DNA of 64,000 nucleotides, from positions 4,396,518 to 4,460,517 of the forward strand of contig CAJINV010000004.1 in the NCBI GenBank assembly GCA_905178155.1. The letters run 5' to 3'. The notes below the pieces were generated by a model. The model had not been told where the DNA came from. It searched no databases and was given only the letters and a program-made list of their open reading frames with translations. Every line of letters starts with the position of its first letter. Position 1 is the first letter of the stretch. Source of the DNA: Amoebophrya sp. A120 (Eukaryota; Protista; Dinoflagellata). Made by a program: the position numbers and the translations under genes. Positions 28,950 to 41,238 of the stretch are shown piece after piece.

Positions 28950-31900
28950 ATGTTCCAATCCAGCGCAGCACCGCCGGCCCTTTCACCGGTGACCTCTCCG
29001 CAAAATAACCGAGGTAGCCGCGGAGGAACGATGGCGACCCAGCAGCAGCAGCAGCTTCCACAGCGGTTTGCTTCGCCCGATGCGACCAAATCTGGACAGC
29101 ATCAGGTTGGCTTAGTCGGGAGCTATCGGAGTTTGCCGCTATTAGCCTCGTCTCCGGTCGTTCTGGAGCAGCAACAGCTGCAAATGAATCAAAACTCGCC
29201 CGCATCTTCGAGCAACCCGCTCAATTACCCGGTATGAATTTCAAAAGTATCGTACTCGAATAAATGCATTACAAATTTCCTCAGCACGAGAAATAAAATT
29301 TGTAATGCGGAGTTGCATCAAGAAAATGATTTGTCATGCAAGACTTGCATTTATACGAATGCGATATTTTTCCACAGGATACCCGGTCTCCTCTCTCGAT
29401 CGCCGACGTCGCAACTACGACGAGATCCAGACCCCTGCGGCGGTATCGAAGATGATTCAGTACGGGCTATGCATGGCAAAAGTATCGTACTAGTCTAAAA
29501 TGCATTACAAATAATTTGCCCGAGAAAAATATTCAATTTGTCATGCTATTTCAGGTAGAGGGTTGGATTTGTCATGCATATCTGCAATTAGTACGAGTGC
29601 GATACTTTTGCACAGGATACGGGCCGATAAAGAGCAATGGGACAGGTGCGGGGGCAAGCGCTTTTTACTCCTATGGAGGGAGTAGCAGTAGCACAAGCAA
29701 CATCAAGAGAGTTGGTGGTAGTAGCAGGGTGATCGCGACAAAAACGCATTCGGGCGGAGGTTCTCCCAGCAAGAACCTCGTGATGGAGCATATAACCAGC
29801 GAGGGATACCACGAAAACACTTCTACCTCCACCTCGCCATCACCACTGGCGGCGGACGGCACAAACATGACACTTTCACCGCACGAAAATTACAAGGCCG
29901 CAACTTATGTCGCTCAGTGGGAGGGTGAGCGAGTGGACGGAGGGGAAAGAAAAACGCCAGAGGGGCAAGGGAAAAAAATTTTGATGCAGGGCGGGGCCAG
30001 GCATCTGCGCCGCTTCTTGCTGAAAGAACGAAGGCGGAGCGCCATGGCGCCCGTGGTTCCCGTCGTTGTGCGAGCGCGAGGGCCCCGGCCGCACTGGGCG
30101 CGCGTTAGTTTGCGTGGCGGCAGGCCTTAGACCCAAGCAACACCGCAAAGCGCGGCAGCGGGCGGCCGCCAGTGGACGGGGGAAGAGGCCGCGCCATGCG
30201 AGGTGCTGGCGCGTGACGCCTCGCCCGCGCGTTTGCGGTGTGGCCCTTTCGTGCCGCCTGCTTGTGTGCCCCGCCCCTGTGCGCCTTGGCGCCCCCCCCC
30301 CCCCCCCCCCGCCCTTCTCCCGCGCGCAGCCTTGCAGAACGGGGGCGCGCGGGGGCCTTTTCCGCGCGCGTGGATGGAGGACGGGCGCCGGGGCGGGGCA
30401 TTCATTGCCCTCCAGGCGCAGGGGCCCACCACCCTCCCCCAGCACCCCCGGACAACAACGGCGCCCCCCGTGTTGGCCCACATGCAATCTGTTGCGCCCC
30501 TGCCTGCTTCCCTCGCGCGCACCCCCCAAGACAGAGACGACAAATGGTGGCGCCCTCTGCCGGCCTCTTCGTGAACAGAGGGAGGGCGCCGGGGAAGGGT
30601 GGTGGGCAGCTGCTCGCCTGCAAGCCTGGCGCTAGGGCGCGACTTTCCCTTCGCGAACAGAGGGAGGGCGCCGGGGGAGGGTGGTGGGCAGCTGCTCGCC
30701 TGGTGTTTGGCCGTCGGTGGCGTTCCCCAGACGGCGGCAGACGCCTTCTCAGTGCATTTCCAGCTGGAAACATTTGGAAAAGCCATCTGCAGCGCATTTC
30801 CACCTGGAAATGCAGCCGCAGACGCCTTTTCAATGCATTTCCCACCTGGCCTGTTCAAAGTGTTTCCAGCTGGATTTCCAGCTGAAGAGGCCTGCTCCAT
30901 TTCTATCTGGAAATCCAGCTGGAAACACTTTGAGAAGGCACTTGCAGCGCGGGCTCTGCTGCAATTTCAGGCGAAGCAAGACCCCTCAAGGCATATGCAG
31001 GCGGAATTTCGGGCGGAGATGCCCAAGGGCATTCCCAGGGGGGATTTCGGGGCTTTTCGGTTTTTTTTCCAGAGTTGCTGCGTTTAGCACAGCAATTCTG
31101 GCTACCCAGGAGAAAGATTCCCAATAGGATGGCGGGAGGGTGTCTTCAGGATAGTTGGAGGATATTGGCAACGGATGGAAGAAGTTTGCTTTTTTACCCG
31201 AATTGCTGCGCTTAGCACAGCAATTCTGGCTACCCAGGGGAAACATTTCCCAATAGAATACCGGGAGGGTATCAGGATAATGAGGGGATAGTGGCGTAGT
31301 GGGATGATGGTGCGGGTAAGGGGAGGGAGAATATTGTTTGTTTTCCCCGAGTTGCTGCGTTTAGCACAGCAATTCTGGCTACCCAGGGGAAAGATTTCGC
31401 AATAGGATAGGCGGCACTCCATGTACAGCTCGCAGGGATGCGATCGCCGCCTCCGGTCTTCGGCTGCCTGATCGCGTTGTTCTCCTCGGACGCGCGACCA
31501 GCTGGAGTTTTTTTCCCCTAGGGATTTCAGTAAGGAAGTGAAGCGGGGAGAAAAGTCTGGTTGGGAGTTTGTTGCGAAATATTTTCGACGGGGCCCGCGA
31601 AATATTTTGCGTGGCAAAATATTTCGAGCTGGAAAATATTTCGAGCTGGGAAATATTTCGAGCTGGAAAATATTTCGAGCTGGGAAATATTTCGAGCTGC
31701 AAAATATTTCGAGCTGGAAAATATTTCGATGTGGGAAATATTTCTAGCGGGGAAATATTTCGAGTCGGAAAACATTTCGAGCTGGAAAATATTTTAAGCT
31801 GGAAAATATTTTTTCGAGCTGGAAAATATTTCGAGCTGGAAAATATTTCGAGCTGCAAAATATTTGAAGCCGCAAAATATTTGAAGCCGCAAAATATTTG

Positions 31901-34900
31901 AAGCTGCAAAATATTTGAAGCCGCAAAATATTTGAAGCCGCAAAATATTTGAAGCCGCAAAATATTTGAAGCCGCAAAATATTTGAAGCCGCAAAATATT
32001 TGAAGCCGCAAAATATTTGAAGCCGCAAAATATTTGAAGCCGCAAAATATTTGAAGCCGCAAAATATTTGAAGCCGCAAAATATTTGAAGCCGCAAAATA
32101 TTTGAAGCCGCAAAATATTTGAAGCCGCAAAACATTTGGCCGCTGGCCGTTTGCGACTTGGCCGTTGGCCGTTTGCGATTTGGCCGTTGGCCGTTGGCCG
32201 TTTGCGATTTGGCTGTTGGCCGTTTGCGGTTTGGCCGTTGGCCGTTGGCCGTTTGCGATTTGGCCGCTGGCCGTTGGCCGCTGGTCGTTTGCGATTTGGC
32301 CGTTGGCCGTTGGCCTTTTACGATTTGGCCGTTTGCCATTTGGCCGCTGGCCGTTTGCGATTTGGCCGTTGGGCGTTGGGCGACTTCCCAAATCGCGACA
32401 GCTTTGGAAAGTTTGAAAATTGTAAAAAAACTTTCGGCGTGGACGATTTTCCTCCCCGTCGCAAAGTTTTAACTCACACCGCTCAGCGATAGGAGTTATA
32501 ACCTCGCTCCTGGCGCACGCGCAGCAGGAGCAGCTCCAGAGGTGGACACCAGTCCGTCATTCCGGAAGCCTTTCGGCCGCGACCAGGTACTACTGTCGCA
32601 CAGCGAGGCGGCTGACCGAAAAAAGCTCTTGTCGATGCTGCAGCAGAATACTAATCACAGCGGAGCAGTGACCACGTCAACAGTGTCCTCGCACGAAAAT
32701 ACCGCAAAAGCAGGACATCAGAGGAAGAGATTACTGGAAAAGCAGATGGAAAGGAACGGTAAACCAAACACAGTCAAAGCGCCTCCGAATCTCAACGCGA
32801 GCCCACGCAGCACGCGAAAGCAGGGCGGTTCTAGTGCAACATCCTCGAGTCCCAACCGGCCAAGGCAACGGCTGGACCACGCGCTCGCTCCTTTGAATAA
32901 AGACGCTGACGTTGGGGGAACGCGATCGTTGCACACTAGCACCGGAGCTGTTGCTGGCGCAGCCTTCGCGGAGCAGCTGCACCTGCAGGAACAAGTAGAA
33001 CAGAAGAACTACTACAGTCGGCGGCATCAAGGCGCCATGAGCACTAACGGAGTCCTCGCTGAGAAGGAACTGCACCATCAAATGCAGAAACACAACTCGT
33101 CCGAGCAGGTGAAGTCTGTTTCGCCTGGTGGCCCTCGGCGATTTCGGCTGCCACCCGAGGTGGACAAACAGCAGGACGATAGTGTGCGGAGCATTGACAA
33201 TGATGGAGATGAAACAAGCAAAGACCATTCGACCAAGACGGCGAATAGATCTCCGAAGAAGAAGAACAAGTCGCCTTCACAGCAGAACCAAAATAAGTCC
33301 AGCTCGTTCACGGCAACCCACGCCCCCTACGTGTCCAACGTCCGCACGCGCGTGGGAGCGAACGGAGAAACGCTACCTCGGTGGCGGCTCCGACGCCATA
33401 ACGAAAAGCAGCAGGTGCGGAGCTTGGTCCAGCAGGATGAGGACGACTATTGGGACGCGTTTTTGTTTGGAACCGTGCCGCGCAACAAGCGGGGACCGGA
33501 ACTGTTTTCCGCGTGGCCGAGCATGTACTGTGCGAATTCGTTGTCGAATGAGATGAACATGAACAATCTAGACGGCGCGGCACAAAATAAATCGCCAGAA
33601 CACCATTCTCCTGGACGAGGCGACGGAGCGACAAACTCAAACCACCGCCCCAGTTCCTCCAACCGCGCCTCCCCCCTACTCTACTACCCAAACAGTCCCC
33701 TGCAGCAAGTGGAACAGGCACTGTCCCCGCTCTTCGCTTCCGCCGCGCACCAGGCAGCGCCGTTTTCCACCCAGCCAGGCACCGGGACTTTGGTCGAGGA
33801 CGGAGTCTGGATGCCGGAGAAGTTGAAGCAGTGCGACAAGCACATTGTCCCGAAAGTGGTGGAGAAGTTGAACCTGACAAAAGTGGAAAATCCGGAGCAA
33901 GCGCGGATTGTGTGGTGTCAGGATAGGGAAGACTTGGATAAGTTCTTACAGCAGGCCAGGGTCGTGAACGCGCGCGCGGCAAAACAAGAGCGGGAGAGGC
34001 AGCAGGCGTCACAGATGGTCGACAGATTAGCTTCCGTCGTTGGGCACGCGCACGCGGCGGTGATTTTAGGGAGCAGCGCAGCAACATTACGGTGCCCGCC
34101 GCCGTTCTACGCGAGCGCGACAACGGCCTCGAACGCTGCTCAGAATAGTGCTTCTTCGTCGAGGCCCGGGACGTCGCAGGGGGGCAATAAGTTGCGTAAA
34201 AACTTCTACGTGGGCGCGGCTGCGGGGGATAATGTCGGTGCGTCTGGAGCAGGTGCGCCTGACGTTGTTCACAGTACGACCTCTAGTCCCGCGCGACCAC
34301 GCTCTCGCGGCGGTTCGGTGCCGTATCTGACGAGTAGTGGGATAGACAACTTCCACAGTGGTGCGGCCACCACGCCATTAGGAGCTACCGCGGCTTGTGG
34401 CTCCCCGACGCGCATGCTCCGCCCCAACTCCGGCGCACGGGCAGGAGCGGCGGGGTTGAATGGAAGTAATTCTGGTAATCATCTTATGCGTTCGCCCTCA
34501 AGAGTATCGACCCCAGCGTCGCCATCGAAACCGACTTCTGCCACTGGGACTACAGTCGCCACGAACACCATCCAGCGGGGAGGGGCCGCGGGAGGAAGCT
34601 CTTCTTCCAAGGCAGCAGGATCAAGTGATAGGCACAGCAAGGCAACGCCAACAGGCCTCGGGCTCCTGTCGCAACGACCACAATCTCTCTCTGTAGTTAC
34701 GGATTCAAACATCAGAAACAAAGCCACGATCGACGATGTAGCACAGTTGTCCAATTATGGCAAGAGCAATGCGGAGCCGGGGCCTGCAGCTCCTGCGCCG
34801 AAGGAAGATGCAGATAACGGTAACAAGGACGATGTTTTGTCCAAAAGCAGTAACTCCTCCTCATCTTCTTCTTCCTCGAAAGGCAGCAGCTCCCCAGACG

Positions 34901-37900
34901 GTGACTTCGTCGTGCGCGATGTATCCCCCGATCGACTAGACCATCTCCGAGCAAAGCTTGGACTGAAGACCACGAACAAAAATATTAAAGCTGTGTCCTC
35001 TAGATCACCATCGAATCGAAAGCCTTCCTTGCAGAGTGAAATCTTGACAAGCGGGGGTAAAGCAGGTGGCGGTCCAGGATCAGAAACCAACAGTAAGAAC
35101 CCCTTCTGCTTCTACCAGGAACCCCCTGGAGCTGCTAGCGCGACAAATCCCAGCACTCCCTCGAACAAAGACGGTATTAATAACGCCAGCATCAACTCGG
35201 TTTCCCTACCTCCAGACGACAAGAGTGTGAGCCTGCTCTTCCAAGAGGGCATAAACATTGTCAACAAAGGCGGCACGGCCACTGTAGTGCCGGAGGAGGA
35301 AATTAGAAAAATAGCGGATGTTGAAGAGGAGGTTTTTCCGCCCAGGAATGAGGAAGGGAACAAGACAGGTGAGAAAAAAAGCGCGGATCAACATGAAGCC
35401 GGCGGTGACGATGCAGCTGAAAATAAAGATGCGTCATCTCCTAATACAAAAGAACGCAAGCCCTGGATGGGTTCGAACGCTTACCGAAATTTCTACAACC
35501 CGACCATCCTGGAGCGCGACGTGATCTACGTAAACCGCTTCCCACAGATGTTCCACATCACGCGGAAAGATTTGCTTGCCCGGAACCTCCAGGGCCTGCA
35601 CCGCATGCTCCCGGATGACTTTAACTTCTACCCGCCTACCTATTGCCTATCCACCGACCGGAGACAGTTGACGCGGTACCTCGGTTTTCGCTTCAGCTCC
35701 GCCGCGAACAGGCTGTTGCTTCCGCCGGGTGAGAAAAATCTGGAGGACAACGGAACATCAAGCGGAGCGAATGGTGGTCGCGGCGGGCAGAATGCGTCGT
35801 CGGGTGCGGATAGCAATAAGGACGGAGCGGAGTACAACGGCGGGGCGTACGACTCCTTGGGTCAGCTCCAGTGCCAGGGCTTGTGGTTCACGGGGTTGCT
35901 AGGTGGGCGGCACGCACAGGAACGGGCGAGGTTGCGATTGATACGACGGGAGCCGGAGTCCCCGTTGCTCGCGGCAATTCAGTCGCCGTTGACACCTTTG
36001 CACGAACCCCCGATCTTTCCCACCAGCCCGGGGAAGTCGCCGGGCGGGCATCGAGGAGCTACTTCTGTTGCAGCAGCTCTGGAAGTGGTGAAGGAAGGCC
36101 AGCCGGCGGGGTCGCCGAATGGACGGAATGGTGCGAGGGAATCTGCTGGTTCTAACGGGGGAAAAGCGAAAGGAGAAAATCAAAATGGCCACGACGACGA
36201 AAATCAAAATGCGAGTGACGACAACGAAGACACGTCTATGCGGCCACGGGGGAAGCGGTGCACTTTCATTCTCAAGCCCGCGGACGGTTCGAAGGGGAAC
36301 GGAATTCGGTTAGTGCAGATCACGGCGGACGTATCCACAGTAAATTTCGCGTACACGTACAAACGCAGTCTGTGCATGACAAAACTTGCCTTCAGTCCTA
36401 GCCTAGCATGACAAGTTGGACACTGCAAGCTAGCGAAATTTGTCATGCATTTTGTACATGTACGGAAAATTTACATTGCATAGGACGCGTTTCGGGCGGG
36501 AACTTGGGGCGACCAGATAACGAAGCAGATACAGGAGGTTGTGGGGGAAGGTAGAGTTGTAGTTTTCAAATCTATGCAAGTAAGAAATGTCTTCGTATAA
36601 TTTGTTCGGTTGCAGCATCTGTGGAGATGTTATACGAGTATAACCAGCAGCCAGACTCATTTATCAGAATAAAAATCCCCTTCATCCTCGTCTTCTATCC
36701 AGGCGACATGACGAGCGCCCTGCAGAACGAGCGAAGGTTTCTCCTGCAACGTTACGTGACCGCGCCCGCTACGTTGGAGCACGATTTGAAGTGGGACGCG
36801 AGGGTCTACGTGCTGGTCACCGGCACGCGACCCGAGCTCAAGGCCTACCTCTTCGACGAGGGGCTAGCGCGCCTTTGCACGAACAGCTACCAGCGCCCCA
36901 GACCGCATAATGTCAAGGAGTTCGGACGGCACCTGACGAATTTCAGTATCAACTGGAAGGAAGACGCGTTTCACGACAGCGGAGAGCCGCACACAGGGTC
37001 GAAAAGGAGTCTGAAATGTGTGCTGCAGCAGATCAGCAAGCAATACGGCATGCGGGTGGAGCAGCTCTGGCTCCCCATCGCGGACGTGGTGGCGAAGACG
37101 TTGCTGGCTGTAGCGCCGTATGAAATGCAAAAGCATCGTACTAGTAAGAATTGCAATACAAATTGGCTCAGCATTACAAATTGGATTTGCCTTAGGAACT
37201 GGATTTGTAATGCATGAATGCAATTAGTAGCAGTGCTTTTGCACTGCATACGCCGAAACTAGACGTGGCAAACCGAAGGATGTTCCCGAGAAACGTCCGA
37301 CCGTTCCAGTTGCTGGGCTTCGATGTCATGTACTGATTTTTTTTCAAGATTTCCGTTTCCGTTTGTTAAATAGGTTCGCTTTATTACTTCCTTGTTGATC
37401 ATGTCTGGTAGTGCTACCGGGACAGGTACTACTGTAGTCTGTTGAATTGTTCTCCAGTAGTAGAAGTCGATACAGCCCTTAGGTGAACGAGATCAAGGCG
37501 GGAATTGTTCATACATCTGATACAAGCACGTACAGAACCCGAACCTGCTAACGCAACAATGAAGACTAGATGTGATCCTCGTTCTTGTCCGCTGCATTGT
37601 TTTCTGTTTTTGATCCTACTCCTAGCCCAGAAGTTGCCATAGAACACGAAGCGTCCGAAACGGCTCTAATATACACCCATTGGACACGTCCTTGATACTT
37701 GATGGTTTGGTTCTTGCGAGAGGGTGATATTAACTAGTTGAGAGCTTTTTCAAGATCCTGCGCCGTTGTTCAACATACCAGAAGTTTTTCATTCTGTTTC
37801 GAAGATTTAGTGTCTGTCTGGTAGACATCATAGATCTTCGGGCGCGTATCTATCGCTCTCTTCCCCTACTTTCTCCTACCAAAAAAGGTTTCACAACGAT

Positions 37901-39709
37901 TTGTCGAAGTGCTGGCTCCTGGAGGTGAACCACGACCCATCGCTCTCCGTGCTCACCTACGTGGACCGGGTCATCAAGGGAAAATTAGTCGCGCAGATTT
38001 TCGAACTCATCGGCGCGGTGGATGCGGATCCGGAAGACCAAGTGGATCATTGGGCGCCCGGGTTGCTGCGCGACGAATCCGAGGCGGAGTACACGAAAAT
38101 GCGGGAGAAGGACAAGAAAAAGCGGAAAAGATCGAGTTTGGCGAAGATGCACGGGTATATTGAAATTTTATGTAGCGGAAATTCCAAAATTTGTTTTTTT
38201 CTGCGTTGGCATTATAGATGACATCAACTAGTGCTGCGCGAGCGCGATACGCTGCACAACCATCCCCTGGTACTGGTTGTGCATCCCTCACAAAAATGAT
38301 GCGAAGCATTTGACCTGATGCTCTGCAGGCCCTTAGTTGTGGCCGGTGAGGATCAAACAAATATTTCCAAAGTTCTTTCTGAGACAAATAAAACGATCAC
38401 TGATACGTTTTTGTGGTTCTCCTTCGAGGAGGTCGCGAAGGTGCAGTGGTAGAAAACGACATTAAAATCATCGGATGATCTCCTTTCTTGACCTGATGCT
38501 CTGAGGGAAGCAGGGTTCCTTGCTGACCCCAGTGCAGAAAATAATGGAGCTCGGTCTGATCTTAGGACGTCGACGTCGCAAGGTGTTGTGCGTACATGTT
38601 ACTCATTTTTGCGCATTTTACTAGGCGCTTTGCTCCTTAAGGCGCAACGGAATCTAATAGTCGACCGCATTTCATCTCGTAAAAGATCGCTCTATCATGA
38701 TGACCAATCTTAGTTCATGCATGGCTTGCTCGAGGCTTGCCGGTGTGGATAACTAATTCGATACTTTATGTCTGATACAAGGACGTGATCATTTACATTT
38801 TCCAGGCACGATTGAACCAAAACGCAAAGTGCTTCCGATTGGACATGCGATGCAACCATGCTTCTTGGTTGTTGTCGCATTGTTCTGGGTCTTGGCGTGC
38901 CCGCCAGAGGCGATCAGCAGTCGTAAAGTTTAAAGCAGTGCAGTTCCTTTTTCGACAGCACATGGGTGCAGGAGCTAAAGCACGTACGGAATAAGTGTAC
39001 TGTGCTGGAGAAAGAACTAAAACCAATATCAACTGCACCGCAAAAAAAATCACACTCTACATTCAGGTTGGCGCCCGGGGGTAGGCTCCTCTCCGGCGAG
39101 GACAGCGAGACGGACTGGACGGAGTGCGAGGATGTCACCTCTGACAACGCCAGACTGCAAAATGCCCCCCGAAGCGGCACCCGGGGCCGGCGAAACAGGG
39201 ACCACTCGCACTCGGGACTTTTGACGGAGAATTTTGTGAATTTCTACGCCACGGCGAATTTCATGCATTTGCTGCCCATCACAGCCGAGATGCACGGACA
39301 GTATTTTCGCACTTCACAATTTAAATTTACTTCGGTTCCACTCATCTGTGCTCTTGATGTGATAAATGTCTGTTGATGTTGCACTTCAGTCACCGTTACA
39401 TCCCGTGGACGCGAGAGATTTCAAGGGAATTCTATTCTCGTAGTTGAGAAGAGCAAGAGGTGAAGCTAGCTAGAGAGTGCGTGGTCGAGGTAGTTACAAT
39501 CCAAACGAGAAATGTGAGAAAAATGAAATTCCAGGGCTTGCCACGACAAGGCCCGGGAGATTTACTCCGTCGCGGTTGCGCACGCCAGTAAGTGGCTTGA
39601 ATTTTCCGCGGAACACCTCTACGACGGGGAGAAAGAGGGTGGGATGGCGGCTTCTGGAACTGCGGAGCACGTTATCGCGCAAGGCGAGAGTAGATCGCCG
39701 GTGAAGTGA
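28950..39709 (+). CDS. Tubulin-tyrosine-ligase-like protein (probable polyglutamylase) with long low-complexity N-terminus
   Basis: NRFPQMFHITRKD, FYPPTY, FILKPADGSKGNGI, LQRYV, KWDARVYVLV, GLARLCT, HLTNFSIN, FQLLGFDVM, WLLEVNHDPSL. In-frame GT-AG introns 29925-32524, 36551-36702, about 37330-37887, 38155-39066, 39301-39534, plus 4 introners. The terminal exons are less certain than the TTL core. Confidence 0.85.
29233..29381. mobile_element. Introner family A
   Basis: Direct repeat CCCGG/CCCGG. Confidence 0.9.
29468..29619. mobile_element. Introner family A
   Basis: Direct repeat CGGGC/CGGGC. Confidence 0.9.
31072..31410. repeat. Three dispersed copies of an about 55-bp motif
   Basis: GAGTTGCTGCGTTTAGCACAGCAATTCTGGCTACCCAGG...CAATAG near 31072, 31200 and 31349. 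Confidence 0.85.
31615..32135. repeat. Two adjacent 17-bp minisatellites
   Basis: About 14 x GCTGGAAAATATTTCGA (variable) followed by about 16 x GAAGCCGCAAAATATTT (nearly perfect). Both contain the palindrome AAATATTT. Confidence 0.97.
32136..32380. repeat. 7-bp-based minisatellite
   Basis: TTGGCCG units interspersed with TTTGCGA. Confidence 0.92.
36332..36482. mobile_element. Introner family G
   Basis: TIR TATCCACAGTAAATTTCGCGTACACGTACAAA / TTTGTACATGTACGGAAAATTTACATTGCATA, direct repeat GGACG/GGACG. Confidence 0.88.
37119..37250. mobile_element. Introner family A
   Basis: Direct repeat CGCCG/CGCCG. Removal leads in frame to FQLLGFDV. Confidence 0.9.
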
Positions 39710-40425
39710 ATTTTTAAGGAGATCGTAGGCTCCTTTTCACCCAGAAATGTCGCGCTTGTTGTTGTAAAATGCTCGTATCATATTTGCAAATTTATCGGTT
39801 TTGACATTGTTACCGCATTCGTTCGAGAAATTGGAAATTGCAGAGAGAATTAACACTTTCAACGATTCTCTTCCAGAATCTATGGCAGCAGCCATCTTGT
39901 AATTTACCAGAGTTGTCAGATGTGCTAAGCAAATGCATAGCGCAAATACGTGTATCATGATTGGAGGACGCGGCGATAGGCGATTGCGATAGAGTGGTCT
40001 CTTGCTTTCCGTACGTAGACGGTTCTTGGCAATGTTTTGTAAAATCCAACTTGTCGGAAGATGACGCAGAGATATGATTGTCTACACATCAGGAGAACCG
40101 ATGTTTTGAATGTGGTGGTGATGAGTCGCTACATGCGATCTCTCAGAAGGAGCATGCTGCGGTTTGGTCATGCGGTGTTCATCCAAAGGTGTCTATCTTT
40201 GCATTTGCTCTCCAGCGAGCTCCTTCCTCCACCTGCGGTTTCGCACGATTAGCTTGTTCATCACGGCTGGGAGTGCAATTTCGCTTGTTTGCAAATTTCG
40301 TTCGTAAAGGGGAATGATGCGTTGTTCGGTGGTGAATCCCAGAGTCACATCTGAGTAGACCTAAAGGACATTTCATACAGCCTCTGTGCCCTCGTCTAAT
40401 ACCGAACAGACAGTCCACAAAGACC

Positions 40426-40830
40426 ATGTTCCGCCCCTCCCTGCCACTCCTCCTGAATCGCACGTACAAGAAGACGCACAGCTCCAAGGGCAACCCGTGG
40501 CGCATGATCCGCGTCGGCGAGTCTTTTTGGCGCCCCCAGAACTACCGTCTCGCGTTTCAAAAATTCTTCGGGAAGAAACCCTCCGCAGAGGAAGATGCGG
40601 CACACACGCAAAAACTGTTTGTCCGGAGGAAGGAAGCGGAGGCTAGGAAGCGGGGGAAACCGGAAAGTCACCCGGAGGTGGAGGTAGACCATGAGAGGAA
40701 AGCGGGGTACTTTCCGAAGGAAGCGAAGGCTCTATGGTACAACAGGAAGTTGAAACTCCCAGCTGCTGAGCGAAAGATATCGGTCACCTCGTACAAGAAA
40801 AATCCAGCACGGCTCGGAGCGAGGTCGTGA
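40426..40830 (+). CDS. Small basic protein with mitochondrial-presequence-like N-terminus
   Basis: ATG ORF of 134 aa, K/R-rich, starting MFRPSLPLLLNR, with GC3-rich codons like neighbouring genes. No family recognised. Confidence 0.5.
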   Translation: MFRPSLPLLLNRTYKKTHSSKGNPWRMIRVGESFWRPQNYRLAFQKFFGKKPSAEEDAAHTQKLFVRRKEAEARKRGKPESHPEVEVDHERKAGYFPKEAKALWYNRKLKLPAAERKISVTSYKKNPARLGARS

Positions 40831-41238
40831 TCTACTGAGAAGCAACAATGCAATTGCGGGAACGGATCTTCGCGTTGGTGCGACGTAGTAGTGTAAGCCT
40901 TGATTTTCCAGAGCGGTGTGCTTTCATGGTTGTCAAGAAGCGTGAATGTTCGCCAAAGGTCTACTTCGGAACTTTTGACCATGGTGGTGCAACAAGAGTT
41001 GAAAACAGCTACAGCAAAATGGACTTCGAGAGAGAACCGGAAAAGTTGGACCCCTGATTGATAAAGTTCTTGCTCGTTGGATCGATTGATCTTATGCGGC
41101 TCTGTTACGTTTAAACGTTCGGCTTCGGCATCTGCTCCAGGAAACTGTTTTCTTAGATTGTGATTGGTGAACAAGCTGTTTTTTTTCCTGACAAAGTCTT
41201 TGTTCGGTATGGCAACGTGAACAGGTGCAAAGAAAACG

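Larger units (their letters stand above)
29925..32524 (+). other. 2.6-kb GT-AG intron of the TTLL gene filled with composite repeats
   Basis: GAG G|GTGAGC ... GCGCAG|CA GGA joins ORF 29516 to ORF 32542 in phase 1. Confidence 0.75.

Noticed and set aside
29876-31127. Dense overlapping ORFs on both strands
   Set aside because: Very GC-rich, stop-poor intronic repeat sequence with no domain signal.
31379-32492. Repetitive ORFs (LRLQIFCGFKYFAASNI..., LAVGRW...)
   Set aside because: Translations of 17-bp and 7-bp minisatellites inside a predicted intron.
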